From assembly GCA_964252035.1 (NCBI GenBank), contig OZ176212.1: a stretch of 64,000 bases of DNA; one strand, written 5' to 3'. Origin of the DNA: Podarcis erhardii. Lineage: Eukaryota. Under the pieces are notes generated by a model that saw only the letters and a program-made list of their open reading frames with translations, did not search any database and was not told the DNA's origin. Numbering within the stretch: the first letter of the stretch is position 1; every line of letters starts with the position of its first letter. Shown in pieces: positions 1-12,468 of the stretch. A program made the position numbers and the translations under genes.

Positions 1-2045
1 CCAAAAGCTGCCAAGAGTTGTTTACACCAAGAGCTGAAGCCTAGCCGTGCTAGAGGCTTCAAGGCCGGCCACCTGCAGCAAGTAGAGATAAGAGCTGTGG
101 AGTTGTGTGGGAATGCTGAGACAAGTCCGGTCTCCAAGGCAACTGAGAGAGTTGCATCTACGGAAGCTGTGAAGGTCGTGGGCAAGTCTCCCTGCCGGGG
201 GGAGTCTGTTGCTGTGACAACCAGAGAGGACATTTGCAGAGGACCCAAGGAGGGGGGTAGCGAGGAGATTGTTGCCATGGTGACCCAGGAATGTCAACAA
301 CAAGACTTTCTTACTGTAATAATCAACTCAGGAGCGACAAATACGCTGGTGCCATCTCCTGGTCTTTTAAGAAATTGCAGGACAGTAAAAACTCAGAAGT
401 TTGTGATGATCGCGGATGGAAGCAGAAAATGACTAACAGAGACAGGCTTTTTCTTCTGTCCCTTTCTTAAGCATGAAGTCAAAGCTTTTGCGGCACCCGG
501 TTTAACTAACTGTTTGTTAAGTGTGCATGATTTACTCACTGATGGTTATCATGTGTCTTTTGCAGGTACCAAGTGTGAGTTTTCCAAGGATGGGAAACAC
601 GTGTACACAGTGCAGTCTAAAGACAATTTGTTTGCTGTAAATGTGCCTTTTTCTACAGGAGAGGATGACACTGAAGATGCGAAGGGGAAATGTGTGAATG
701 TGGCGCCCCACCATGGTTGTTCTCATATTTGGCACAGACACTTCGCCCATTTGAATTGGGGATATCTTCAGAAAGCACCAGAGCTGACACAAGGGTGCAA
801 ATTTAATATTTGTGACAATTTTTTAGATTGCAATGCGTGTAAACAGGCAAAAATTGTGACATGCTCCTATCCAAAGTCAGAGAGACAGACCACACAACCC
901 TTTGAATTAATTCGTGCAGATTTGTATGGACCCATGTCAGTTGAGTCACTGGGGGGATCAAAGTACTCTCTGCTTCTGGTTGATGATTTTTCGAGGTCTG
1001 GTTGGACCTTCTCTCTGAGGAAAAAAAAGGGGAGGCGGCTAAAATGATCAGGGATTGGATCACCGCAGTTGAAGTAACCTTTTCCACCAAAGTTCATGGC
1101 TTTCAAAGTGACAGAGGTTCTGAATTCACTGGTTCTGCTTTACAGGATTTCTTTTGGGAGAAGGGGATTAGCCACAGACTGTCCACTCCTTACTCTCCGC
1201 AACAGAATGGGGTTGCGGAGAGACGGAACAGGACGGTGCAGGAAGTTGTGTCTGTGATCCTGTGGGATGCAGGGCTACCCCAAAAGTATTGGTCGGAGGC
1301 TTGGAGATTTGTGGTTCATACGCAGAACAGAGTGTACAACTCTAGTGTAGGAAACACACTGTATTTCTTGCTGCATGGAAAGAAGCCTAAGGTACACTAC
1401 CTCCGTGTGTTTGGTTGTGAGGCCTGGGTGCTTATTCCAAAGGCTCTACGCAAGAAAGGTGAGCCAAAATCTAAAAGAATGATTTTTGTAGGGTATGAGC
1501 CTGGCTCAAAGGCCTGGCGGTTTGCGTACCCAAGTGGAAACCAGTCAAGGTTGGTTATCAGCAATAGCGCTGAGTTCTGTGAACAAGCCGGTTGGAGATG
1601 TCTTCACGCTAATCCAGACGTGATTCCACAGCAGTTCTATGACTCAGACGTTGAGGAGGAAGAGGAACTTGTTGCTGGGGACCATGGTCCAGAGCAACAG
1701 GATCCACCACAGGGACAGAGCCCAAGGCAGGGACAGCTCAGGGTCCCTCAGAGGGGGGAACCTAGAACACCTCCTCAGGCAAGTGTCAAGTCTGAGCCAA
1801 AGAGTGAGCCTTCTTCACCTGCTGGACCAGCTGTAAGGCCCAAGAGGCCCAGCAGGTCAGAGGGGAAGACACTGAAGTTGAAGATGATTTAGCTAGACCC
1901 AGTGAAGCAGCAGGGTCACCAGGAGTCACACTGAGGAGATCAGAAGAGGACAAGGAGGCCTCCTGATCAGTACGATGCATCAGGCGTCTGGGTAGGTTCT
2001 GCCAGATGTGAACCTGAATCCTTCGAGCATGGCTGGGCGCTGAAC
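1..2045 (+). mobile_element. Ty1/Copia LTR retrotransposon pol remnant (protease, GAG-pre-integrase zinc finger, integrase), frameshifted and truncated just before RT
   Basis: ORF 97-432 has a protease-like IINSGATNTL motif (DSGA-type, Asp to Asn). ORF 514-1047 has an HHCC motif (WHRHFAHLN...CNACKQ), ELIRADLYGP and LLLVDDFSR. After a frameshift at the A-run near 1021-1028, ORF 1002-1892 carries FQSDRGSEF and PQQNGVAERRNRT (integrase DDE) and MIFVGY. LRRSERTRRPPDQY-like and EPESF-like linker motifs follow at about 1930-2030, then homology stops. PR-IN-(RT) order is Copia-type. Confidence 0.9.
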
Positions 2046-2060
2046 AATAAAGCAATAAAA

Positions 2061-2219
2061 CTACCGAAGAAAGAGAAAAACAACTACCAGACTTTTAGAA
2101 GACATCTGAAGGCAGCCTTGTTTAAGGAAGCTTTTAATGTTATTGTATTTTAATATTTTGTTGGAAGCCACCCAGAGTGGCGGGGAAAACCCAGCCAGAT
2201 GGGCAGGGTATAAATAAAT

Positions 2220-2250
<31 letters not shown>
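2061..2250 (+). mobile_element. 3' end of a non-LTR retroelement (L2-like) with (TAC)n tail
   Basis: ttagaagacatctgaaggcagcc...ggaagccacccagagtggc...gggtataaataaattt followed by (TAC)n at 2221-2250. It resembles common squamate LINE 3' ends; the family assignment is from memory only. Confidence 0.5.
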
Positions 2251-2252
<2 letters not shown>

Positions 2253-2875
2253 ATGCTTCCTTCCGCAGACAAGCTTTATGGGGATGCTGACTTCATTTGC
2301 CAGCAGGACTTGGCACCTGCCCACACTTCCAAAAGTACCAAAACCTGGTTCAGTGCCCATGGGATTACTGTGCTTGATTGGCCAGCAAACTCTCCTGACC
2401 TGAACCCCATAGAGGATCTATGGGGCATTGCCAAGAGAAAGATGAAAGACATGAGACTGAGCAATGCAGAAGAGCTGAAGGCTGCTATTGAAGCATCCTG
2501 GTCTTCCATAACACCAAAGCATTGTCACAGGCTGATAGCATCCATGCCATGCTGCATTGAGGCAGTAATTGATGCAAAAGGGGTCCAAACCAAGTACTGA
2601 GTACATATGAATGCTTCTACTTCTCAGAGGTCCAATATTGCTCTATTTGCAATTATTGTTTTGCTGGTTTGATTTAATATTCTAATTTTCTGAGCTTGTT
2701 AATTTGGGGTTTTCATCAGCTGTACGCCATAATCATCACAATTATAACAAATAAAGGCTTGACATATCTTGCTTTGCAGGTCATGAGTATCTCATATATT
2801 AGTTTCACCTTTTAAGTTGAATAACTGAAATAAATGAACTTTTCCACAATACTCTAATTTTTCGAGTTTCACCTG
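2251..2875 (+). mobile_element. Tc1/mariner transposon 3' fragment (DDE C-terminus, 3' terminal repeat)
   Basis: ORF 2253-2600 FICQQDLAPAH...WPANSPDLNPIEDLWG is a Tc1 DD34E C-terminal signature. The element ends ...ttcgagtttcacctg followed by TA (2876-2877). Confidence 0.85.
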
Positions 2876-3308
2876 TATACGGAATTGGGCTCGTATCCAA
2901 GAAGGGAAAAACATGTTGACTACCCAAAGTGACCCACTGGTAATTATTCCCCCCTGCTGTTATGTAGTTTACACTAATTGGTGCACCTGACTGAAGCTGT
3001 TCCCAATGGCACTAAAAATGAAGGTATCTGAAAGGAGATGTAGAAGGCAAATAAAATAGAGATGAATGACAATAGGCACACAGGTAGCATTCTGTCAGTT
3101 AGACCTATGATACAAGATCCTTCCCATTTAATGGGGTAGGCTTCAGAGTCTGCTTGGGCAGTCTCTGCTGGCCTTTCAAAGGTCTTCCCTTGATGATGCT
3201 AAATATAAGGTGATGAGTTTCTCTTTATTGACAGGTCTCATCCTATGTAGCCTCTTCATGCCAGGCTGAATGCTAGAGCAAGGCAATGTAGAGAGCAACT
3301 TTACTGCA

Positions 3309-4480
3309 ATGTTGGTGAGTCTGGAGGTGTTGTTATTGCTGCTGCTTGTAGCATGCAAAGTATATACTAATCAGTGCTTGATGAAGGAACCTTGCCCTGT
3401 TCCACATGAGTGGTATCAGCCAGCTGACCTCCTCATTGGTGAGATGACTTCTCAGATCTCCTACAATTTCCGTGAACTATTCTTCAGCGAGCCTCCTTGG
3501 GATATATTTGATGTACCAAAGTAAGGATTTGCTTCTTGTGAGCTTGGCCAGGGGTGCTAAAAGAATAGCTGGAATATAGGGGGGAACAAAATTGTAAATT
3601 GCTAGTGAAAAATAGAAAACTGCAGTTAAAAGGGGGAATATGAGAAGTAATTGGCCAACCTACAAAGAACTGATGGAAGAAAAAGATGATAGGCTAAAAT
3701 TATTATTTTTAAAAAAGAAATCTGAAATCACCTGACACTGGATGCAATATTTCCACTTGAATGAGACCTTCCAAAAAATAAATAAATCAGTTTTTTTCCA
3801 CAGAACCTTCGAGACTTGAAAAAAGATTTGATTTAAATTAAATATAAACCACTCTCTAAAATGTATAGGCTACTCCTTGACTGGGAGGTCAAGGGGGAAG
3901 AAGTCAAATCCGTAATGGTGCAGTAGTCCTGGAACTTTGGCTACAATATCCAAATGGAATCATGGGAGAGGTTTTGGAGGGAAGATATTACCGTATTTTT
4001 TGCACCATAACACTCACTTTTTTCCTCCTAAAAAGTAAGGGGAAATGTCTGTGCGTGCTATGGAGGGAATGCCTACGGGTGGCATGCCTACGGATTTTCC
4101 TCCTATAAAAACTACGTGCGTGTAATGGTCTGGTGCGTGTTATAGAGCGAAAAATACAGTAATTCATGACATGCTATGATTTAAGAGAGAAGTGCATATA
4201 AATGCTCTACAGGTGGTATTTAACACCTGTCAAGCTGTCCAAAATGTTCAGATCTAGGCCAAACACCTGTTGGAAATGCAGGGATAACCAAGAGGAGGCA
4301 AAGTTTAGTGTGCAGATAAAGAATGTAATCTGTTAAGCACAATGACCAGAGGTCATGTTGAATCCAGCTACAAATTCTTATATACAGCAAACACCAACTA
4401 TGGAATGAATGTTTGTTTATTTTTGTTTTTGTTTTTATTTTCTGTTGATTACTTATGTTACATAGTTTTTAAAACCAATA

Positions 4481-4520
<40 letters not shown>

Positions 4521-7500
4521 AAGAAAACTGCATATTGGAATAATATTTTTTTAAAAAACCTGAGAGAATATAAAGCAACAGATTCTACCAGCACTAGTTT
4601 TTANNNNNNNNNNNNNNNNNNNNNNNNNNNNNNNNNNNNNNNNNNNNNNNNNNNNNNNNNNNNNNNNNNNNNNNNNNNNNNNNNNNNNNNNNNNNNNNNN
4701 NNNNNNNNNNNNNNNNNNNNNNNNNNNNNNNNNNNAGGTTTGGACATCATGGTGCGTGCAGCTCTGGAATAGTGCAATGATACTTATCCTGCTATAAAAC
4801 TAACACTAATACTAATGATAAATGGAAAAGAAAATATTGGCATCATAATTATTGTTACATTTTAGGCAAAGGAAGCCAGGGTAGAGGATTATTGCTCTAT
4901 ATCTGCTCGTTGCACTGAGGAATTCCCTTCCAAAAGAGTACTTAACTTTCTTTACAGTGTTGTGACAAAGTACTACCAGCATATCTTGTCCTTGGTGTTT
5001 GCCATCAACGAGATCAATAAGAATCCAATGATCTTGCCCAATTTCACACTTGGGTTCCACATCTTTGACAGCTACTATGATGCAAGGCTAACGTATCATA
5101 CCACTCTTGAGCTGCTCTTCAAATCACAGACGTTTGTCTCCAACTACAGATGTGACACCCGGAAAAAGATCATATCCATCATTGGCGGACTTGGCTCTGA
5201 TGTCTCTTTCCGTATGGCAGACATATTGAGTCTCTACAAGATTCCACAGGTAGGCTTTATACATGGATGGATGGGAGATATTCACAAATTGTATTGTTCT
5301 TTTGGAATGCTGAGAATGATTTTGAAAGATAGAAGAAGGAGAGGAATGGCAGAGAGAAGATTAGTCTTACCTGTTGTTGTTTTTTTAAAAAAAGAACCAG
5401 AACCAGAATAGCATAAAGTAATGCAGCTGAAAGAGGAAGTACAGGATCATGCATTATGCTTTGATGAGACATATGACAGTTCTCCTGAAATTGTATCATA
5501 CTTTGTCAATTTTAGCAAACTGAGCCACGAGGGCCCCTAAGTGTAATTCTTGAAAAATCTGTATGCTTGATCTGCAAATGTTCCTTATTTTCCTAGGCAT
5601 GTGCATTGAGATGCACCAACTAAAATATGTGTACCTTCTCTTTTAGCTCACTTATGGCTCAGTTATCCCAGAGGAAAGAGAGAAGACGAGGATAGCTTCC
5701 TTTTACAGCATGGTCCCAAATGAAGCCCATCAGTACATGGGAATTATTAGCTTGCTTAAACATTTTGGATGGACATGGGTTGGGCTGTTTGCTGTGGATG
5801 ATGATAATGGAGAACATTTTATGCAGGCTCTGGAATGGTTGCTTTCTCAGAATGGGATGTGCTCAGCCTTCACTCAAAAAATCCCCAACCAAAACAATAT
5901 GAATACTATTAATGAGATCAATGATATAGTCTCAGATATTTATCTAGCTTTCACAGAGAGCAAAGCCAATACATTTGTTATTTATGGTGGATCCATGACT
6001 ATTCTGTGGCTAAATACGTATGTATTCCTAGGATTTCCTGGATATAAGGAAGATAGATCGTTTGGAAAGGTGTGGATTGTGACCGCCCAGTTTGAATTTA
6101 CATTGACAGGTTTTGAGAGAGGCACTGATTTTCAGTTATTTGAAGGTGCTCTTTCTTTCAAAATCCACTCCAATGAGATTCAAGGATCCCAGCAATTCCT
6201 TCATACCATAAGACCAGGCTGGGCACAAGGAGATGGTTTTTTCAAAGTATTCTGGGAGCAAGCATTTGACTGTTTATTTCCAGATCCTGAAGAACCACTG
6301 GAGACTGATGGAAAATGTACTGGGAAGGAGAAGCTGGAGCGCCTTCCTAGGTTTGCTTTTGAAATGAGCATGAGTGGCCACAGCTACAGTATCTATAATG
6401 CTGTCTATGTCATAGCACATGCTCTGGAAGACATGTACTTATCTACATCCAAGGACATAGCAATGGCCAGAGGCAAGAGCCTTGAACATCAAGTTCTCCA
6501 GCCATGGAAGGTAATGAAATAATCTTAAATATGTAAACAGATTTGTACTGGGCTAGAGTGGTTCCAATGTTACTCTGCATGGATAATTGATATGATGGTG
6601 TTGTACATCTTACTCATTGGGGGGGATCACGTGTCATAATATCATGGAGCTGGGAGAGACATTGGAACTCATCTAATCCATCACTCAGTGATGAGTGTCA
6701 AACCAGACATGCAATATGGGAAGACCATAAGCAGGATGGTTATTAGTCTGACAAGGGAAGCTGCTCTGTGCCACACAGCAAATGGGTGCCACCCTCCCCT
6801 GGCTGGTAGTGAGTAAGACAAAAGCCAGAGAAGTGTGTGACAGAGCAGGACTAGAAGCAGGCAGAAGCCAGTGAGTGAGAGCCATGTTTGATTTTTGCTA
6901 GAAGCCAAGGCTGTGACTATGGAAGTAGCAAGACCTTCTGGGGAGCTAATGATGTGAGCCCATCCATTTTAAGCTCAGATTGTCTGTTGTTGTTTAGTCG
7001 TGTCCGACTCTTCATGACCCCATGGACCAGAGAACGCCAGGCACTTCTGTCCTCCACTGCCTCCCGCAGTTTGGTCAGACTCATGTTCGTAGCCTCGAGA
7101 ACACCGTCCAACCATCTCATCCTCTGTCATCCCCTTCTTCTTGTGCCCTCAATCTTTCCCAACATCAGGGTCTTTTCCAGGGAGTCTTCTCTTCTCATGA
7201 GGTGGCCAAAGTATTGGAGCCTCAGCTTCATGATCTGTCCTTCCAGTGAGCACTCAGGGCTGATTTCCTTAAGAATGGATACGTTTGATCTTCTTGCAGT
7301 CCATGGGACTCTCAAGAGTCTCCTCCAGCACCACAATTCAAAAGCATCAATTCTTCGGCGATCAGCCTTCTTTATGGTCCAGCTCTCGCTTCCATACATC
7401 ACTACCGGGAAAACCATGGCTTTTACAATACGGACCTTTGTTGGCAAGGTGATGTCTCTGCTTTTTAAGATGTTGTCTAGGTTTGCCATCGCCTTTCTCC

Positions 7501-10500
7501 CAAGGAGCAGGTGTCTTTTAATTTCGTGACTACTGTCACCATCTGCAGTGATCATGGAGCCTAAGGAAGTAAAATCTCTCTCTGCCTCCATTTCTTCCCC
7601 TTCTATTTGCCAGGAGGTGATGGGCCCAGTGGCCATGATCTTCGTTTTTTTGATGTTGAGCTTCAGATTGTCTATATGTGTGAATAAACGATACATCATA
7701 ATAGCACCAGGGTGTCAAACATGCCTCTATCCCACATGAATCCTCACACTGCTCAGAGATTGGTGTAGCATGAAGCAATACAACCATCTGTCTTGGGAGA
7801 TAATGGAGGAGTGTGTCCTTGGGGGTGAAGTCAAACTGTTGGCAGGTTGCAGCTTCTGCTGTGGTTGTAGAGACTGATAAGGGAGAGACATGGTTTGTTG
7901 CAGCTGGGGCAAGTGAAGGTGTTGGGTTGTGCACATATATCAGCATGTAGACTCCAACTTAGCAAATATTTATCCTTGCTTTTAGCCCAAAGTCTGCAAA
8001 GTGTTTATTCTTTGTTTGTTTTTCCCTCTTGTCCAACCAGCTCAACGCATTTTTGCAAGCTACTTCGTTCAACAACTCAGCTGGAGAAACATTGTCCTTC
8101 CACAATAGCAGGGAAATGGAGGGTGGATTTGATGTAATGAATGTGATCACATTTCCGAACAGGTCCTTCCAGAGAGTGAAAGTTGGAACTGTTCTTGAGG
8201 GGAAAGAATTACTCATTAACGAGGAGATAATAACATGGCCCAGGAGCTTCAATCAGGTCTGGATTCTAGGGTATTTTAATGGGTGTGTGTTCTCCATAAG
8301 GGCAGTGCAGGGTACCTGATATTCAACTTCAGGGATGGAGGCGAAGGATGGAGAACCTGAGACAGCCTCCCCACTACCAGACCAGTGTTGCTAGACTGCA
8401 GCTCCCCGGACCATTGGACTCTGGTACCTGGAGCTGAAGAGAGTTGGATCCCCCATGCCTGTTTTAGGTTTCAGCAGAGAAGATATTGATCATCAGGATA
8501 TTCCTGTTGAAGGCTCTTCAGATTTTGAATTTGCCAGATTAACACCCTCCTACATTTTTTTTTATTTTTTGCTTTTGAAACATTCTAACACACACAAGAG
8601 TAAGGAACAGCAGCCGTGCCAGATTTACATATAAGCTAAACAAGCTATAGCTTAGGGCCCCACTCTCTTGGGAGCCCCCCAAAAGTTAAAGGAAAAAAAC
8701 CTGGATGTACATTTCTAAAATATAAGATAAAAAAACAAATAAAATAAAACCTACATACAGCAACAGTGTTTTGTGTTGTGTAGGTTTCTATGATGTAAGT
8801 AAGCCTGCTCACCTACTCCCTAAAATGTCACTGGTTTGCTCATTTCTATATATAGGGTGCCTACATCCTGCTATTTTTAATTATTAGCAGCTTGCATCAT
8901 ATATTTACACCTATTATTATTTCAAGTCATAGCAATTTTCTAGAGACTAGATTATGAGTCTTTGTAAATTGTGTTTCTAAAGGAACTTTTGTTATTGCCA
9001 AAGGCCAATGTGTTTGCATTATTAGGTTTGTTATGAATAAAAAATAATTTCAAGTTAGAGGTTAATAATTATTTCGCTATTAATTTACTTCTTCTTAATT
9101 GTATTTCACTATTAATATACTTCTTCTTAATTGTATTTCGGTTCAACAATTACTTTGATAAAATACGTATTTTATCTAATGCAAATGGCTTTAGATACCT
9201 ATTAGGTCCATAAATTACCATATAGTATATATATGGCATATTACCATATAGCATATATTCAACACAAAAAACACCGACCATTTGCTGTTGACGAAGGACA
9301 GCTGGACATATAAAGGTCCCCATTACGTCCACTAGCTAAAGCCTCATCAAACCTAAATCCGTCACTGAACAGGAGTGAGAGAAATCATTGGGTTGAGTGT
9401 TGCTCCAGTTTCTACCTTCAACCAAACAGTATACTGCAAAACATAAGCTCTGATGTGCTGAGGATTTTTTTTTTTTGTAAATTGTGGCATTCGCATGTAA
9501 CATGCACAACGTTCCAAATTCTTCCATGCCAGTTCATCATGTGTTTATTGTTAGGGTAAATGTGACTATATATTTAAAGGCATCTCTTGTATCTAGTTTA
9601 GGAGGGAAGGTCAAGAAGGAGGCAGGGCTGGAGGCAGAAAGAGAAAGAAGCAAAAGGGGTGGGGGAGACCTGTTGTACATAGTCCTTTAATGAAACTGTT
9701 TCTTATTCAGCTCCTCTGAAAGCTCACCATTAGAGAAAATGACATTTACTGGGTAAATGAGCAGATGGGCATCCTACTAAGCTGTTCTTCAATCTTCATC
9801 TTTATGGGCAGGTGAAGCCTGTTTCTGTGTGTAGTGATTCTTGTCATCCCGGTTATCAGAAAAAAAGGAAAGAAGGAGAGAAATTTTGCTGTCATGATTG
9901 TGCATCATGTCCAGAAGGGAAGATTTCAACACAGAGAGGTAAGTAATGGGACCCTTCTGCCCCTCAAAGATTTCCAGTATTGTCAGTTCACAGCCAGTTG
10001 TTTGTGCTGCCGTAATTTTATTTATGGATTGCATCCCATATGTGATTTTATGTTTTAACCACCCTGAGACCTACAAATATAGGGCAGTATACATATTAAA
10101 TAAATAAATAATCCTATAAAGCATATTGATATGATTTACAACATAATAAGGCAAAGGTAAAGGTACCCCTGCCCGTACGGGCCATCCTTGACAGACTCTA
10201 GGGTTGTGCGCCCATCTCACTTAAGAGGCCGGGGGCCAGCGCTGTCCAGAGACACTTCCGGGTCACGTGGCCAGCGTGACAAAGCTGCATCTGGCCAGCG
10301 CAGCACACAGAAATGCTGTTTACCTTCCCGCCAGTAAGCGGTCCCTATTTATCTACTTGCACCCGGGGGTGCTTTCGAACTGCTAGGTTGGCAGGCGCTG
10401 GGACCGAGCAACGGGAGTGCACCCTGCCATGGGGATTCGAACCGCCAGGCCCTAGGCGCTGAGGCTTTTACCCACAGTGCCACCCACGTCCCATTACAAT

Positions 10501-11543
10501 ATAATAAAACATATCTAAAACAGTTACATATAGAAAAACAGCCAGATATATATATATAAGCATTTTTAAAAGAGAAGGTATATATACACATATGTATTTG
10601 GCACTGAGATGGCAATTCTTCTCATTTTTCAGATATGGATGACTGTTTCAAATGCCCCCAAAAGGAATACCCAAGCAGAGACCAAGATAAATGTATTCCC
10701 AAAACTGTAACCTTTCTGTCTCTTGAAGAACCTTTGGGGATCAGTTTAGCCTCTATTGCTTTTGCTTTTTCCCTGATCACAGTTTCAGTGCTAGGGATTT
10801 TTATTAAGCTGCAAGATACTCCCATAGTCAAAGCCAACAACCGGGACCTCACCTACATTCTCCTGTTCTCTCTCCTGCTCTGCTTCCTCTGTTCTTTACT
10901 CTTTCTTGGAAGACCTAACCAAGTGACCTGCTTTCTCCGTCAGCCTGCTTTTGGCATCATCTTCTCTGTGGCTGTTTCTTGTGTATTAGCCAAAACCATC
11001 ACAGTGGTTGTTGCTTTCGTGGCCACCAAACCAGGGTCTGGCATGAGGAAGTGGGTGGGGAAAAGACTGGCCAACTCCATTGTCCTTTCCTGCTCACTTA
11101 TTCAAGCAGGCATTTGTGTGGTGTGCTTAGCAATCTCTCCTCCATTCCCAGATCTGGACATGGAGTCCTTAACTGGACAGATCATAGTGGAATGCAATGA
11201 AGGTTCTGCCATCATGTTTTATCTTGTCCTGTGTTACCTGGGATTTCTAGCCATCATCAGCTTCACTGTGGCTTTCATTGCCAGGACCTTGCCGGATGCT
11301 TTCAATGAAGCCAAGTTCATCACCTTCAGTATGTTGATTTTTTGCAGTGTTTGGTTTTCCTTTGTTCCAACCTACCTGAGCACCAAGGGGAAATACATGG
11401 TAGCTGTGGAGATTTTCTCCATCATAGCCTCCAGTCTTGGGTTGCTGGTCTGTATCTTTTCCCCAAAATGCTACATTATTGTGTTGAGGCCTGATCTAAA
11501 CACCAAGGAGCAGCTAACAAGGAGAAAGAATCAGCGAATTTAA
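3309..11543 (+). CDS. Vmn2r: Vomeronasal type-2 receptor gene 1 (class C GPCR), six exons, about 873 aa, apparently intact
   Basis: Exons 3309-3520, 4958-5249, 5647-6510, 8041-8256, 9812-9938, 10633-11543, all GT-AG with matching phases; total 2622 nt. Features: signal peptide, VFT ([22 protein letters not shown]; MVPNEAHQY; HFGWTWVG), Cys-rich domain (CHPGYQKK...FCCHDC), 7TM (TPIVKANN; [14 protein letters not shown]). Family-level call only. Confidence 0.93.
3620..4290 (+). mobile_element. Degenerate L1/Tx1 ORF2 C-terminal fragment in V2R1 intron 1, split by a MITE
   Basis: Translations such as [22 protein letters not shown] and [16 protein letters not shown]...CWKC match the C-terminus of the L1 ORF2s at 34073-36034 and 60784-61527. 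Ends are approximate. Confidence 0.7.
3991..4159. mobile_element. Tc1/pogo-type MITE
   Basis: Imperfect terminal inverted repeats (ccgtattttttgcaccataa / ttatagagcgaaaaatacag) flanked by TA on both sides. Confidence 0.65.
4604..4735. other. Assembly gap (132 N) in V2R1 intron 1
   Basis: Run of N, next to a (GT)n microsatellite at about 4484-4514. Confidence 0.99.
6986..7662 (-). mobile_element. 5'-truncated RTE/BovB LINE in V2R1 intron 3
   Basis: Minus-strand ORF 7127-7699 ([11 protein letters not shown]...[20 protein letters not shown]...[10 protein letters not shown]) is an RTE RT C-terminus. (CAA)n-type tail. Target-site duplication tcagattgtct at 6975-6985 and 7663-7673. Confidence 0.92.
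10150..10492 (-). mobile_element. Sauria SINE
   Basis: (AAAGGT)n on + equals the (ACCTTT)n tail; body ...ctatttatctacttgcac...gctttcgaactgctaggttggcagg... is typical of Sauria SINE. Confidence 0.8.
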
Positions 11544-11665
11544 AGTCATATGCATCTTCAATTGAACGGGCCTCTTGAAGGAGTGAGTTTGAAATACAAC
11601 AGGTGCAGAGTGTAATGTTCTGTTGTGAATGCTGTGTAGGAAACAGCAGGTACATACTGTGCTTA

Positions 11666-12021
11666 AAAAGGTAAAAGTAAAGGACCTCTGACAGTTAAGT
11701 CCAGTCACAAATAACTCTGGGGTTGCGACGCTCATCTTGCTTTACAGGCCGAGTGAGCCAACATTTGTCCGCAGACAGTTTTTCCAGGCCATGTGGCCAG
11801 CATGACTAAGCTTCTGGCGAAACCAGAGCAGTGCACAGAAATGCCGTTTACCTTCCTGCCGGAGTGGTACCTAATTATCCAATTGCACTTTGACGTGCTT
11901 TCGAACTGCTAGGTTGGCAGGAGCTTGGAAGGAGCAATGGGAGCTCACAACGTCACGGGGATTTGGACCGCCGAACTTCCGATTGGCAAGCCCTAGGCTC
12001 AGTGGTTTAGACCACAGCACC
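11666..12021 (-). mobile_element. Sauria SINE
   Basis: aaaggtaaaagtaaagg tail and gtgctttcgaactgctaggttggcagg core shared with 10150-10492. Confidence 0.8.
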
Positions 12022-12095
12022 AAATAACACTTTGATGCATGGTCCTTTTCAACTCTTCAATTGTTTCATTCTATCTTACATAGCTCTGAAAGATT

Positions 12096-12264
12096 CAGTG
12101 GTGTAGCGTGGGTTGTCAGCACCCGGGGCAAGGCAAGTAATTTGCGCCCCCTAACCCATGGATTTGCACCCCCTAACCCATGGATTTGCGCCCCCTAACC
12201 CTAACCCCCAGATGTTGCGCCCAGTGCGGCCGGCCCCCCCAGCACCCCGCACGCTACGCCACTG
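12096..12264. mobile_element. hAT-type MITE
   Basis: TIRs cagtggtgtagcgtg / cacgctacgccactg; near-identical 8-bp flanks gaaagatt / taaagatt; internal 21-bp tandem repeats. Confidence 0.75.
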
Positions 12265-12415
12265 TAAAGATTCATAGCTGAGATGTTCTCCTTAAACTGC
12301 AAGGTTACTGGTCTCTGCAGCCACCATGGTTGCTGTGACTCTCCCATGGTTTGACCTCACTCCTGGAGTTGCACCTCATTGTCTCTCAAGATAGCTGGAT
12401 GCCAGCAACAACAAT

Positions 12416-12468
12416 GGACTAGATGACCCTTTGGGTCCCTTCCAGCTCTACAATGTTGTGATTCTATT
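12416..12468 (+). mobile_element. CR1 LINE 3' terminal fragment
   Basis: ggactagatgaccctttgggtcccttccagctctac...gtgattcta resembles the conserved CR1 3' end. Confidence 0.55.

Noticed and set aside
4604-4735. N gap hiding an extra V2R1 exon
   Set aside because: Exon 1 (phase 2) and exon 2 splice in frame exactly as in genes 2 and 3.
6888-7529. Long + strand ORF (213 aa) and similar antisense ORFs over V genes, V2R exons and L1s
   Set aside because: These are shadow frames of BovB, V or V2R coding sequence with no independent protein signature.
12140-12215. Telomere-like CCCTAA repeats or CRISPR-like short repeats
   Set aside because: Only about two adjacent hexamers inside 21-bp tandem repeats of a hAT MITE, with no spacers; the context is eukaryotic.
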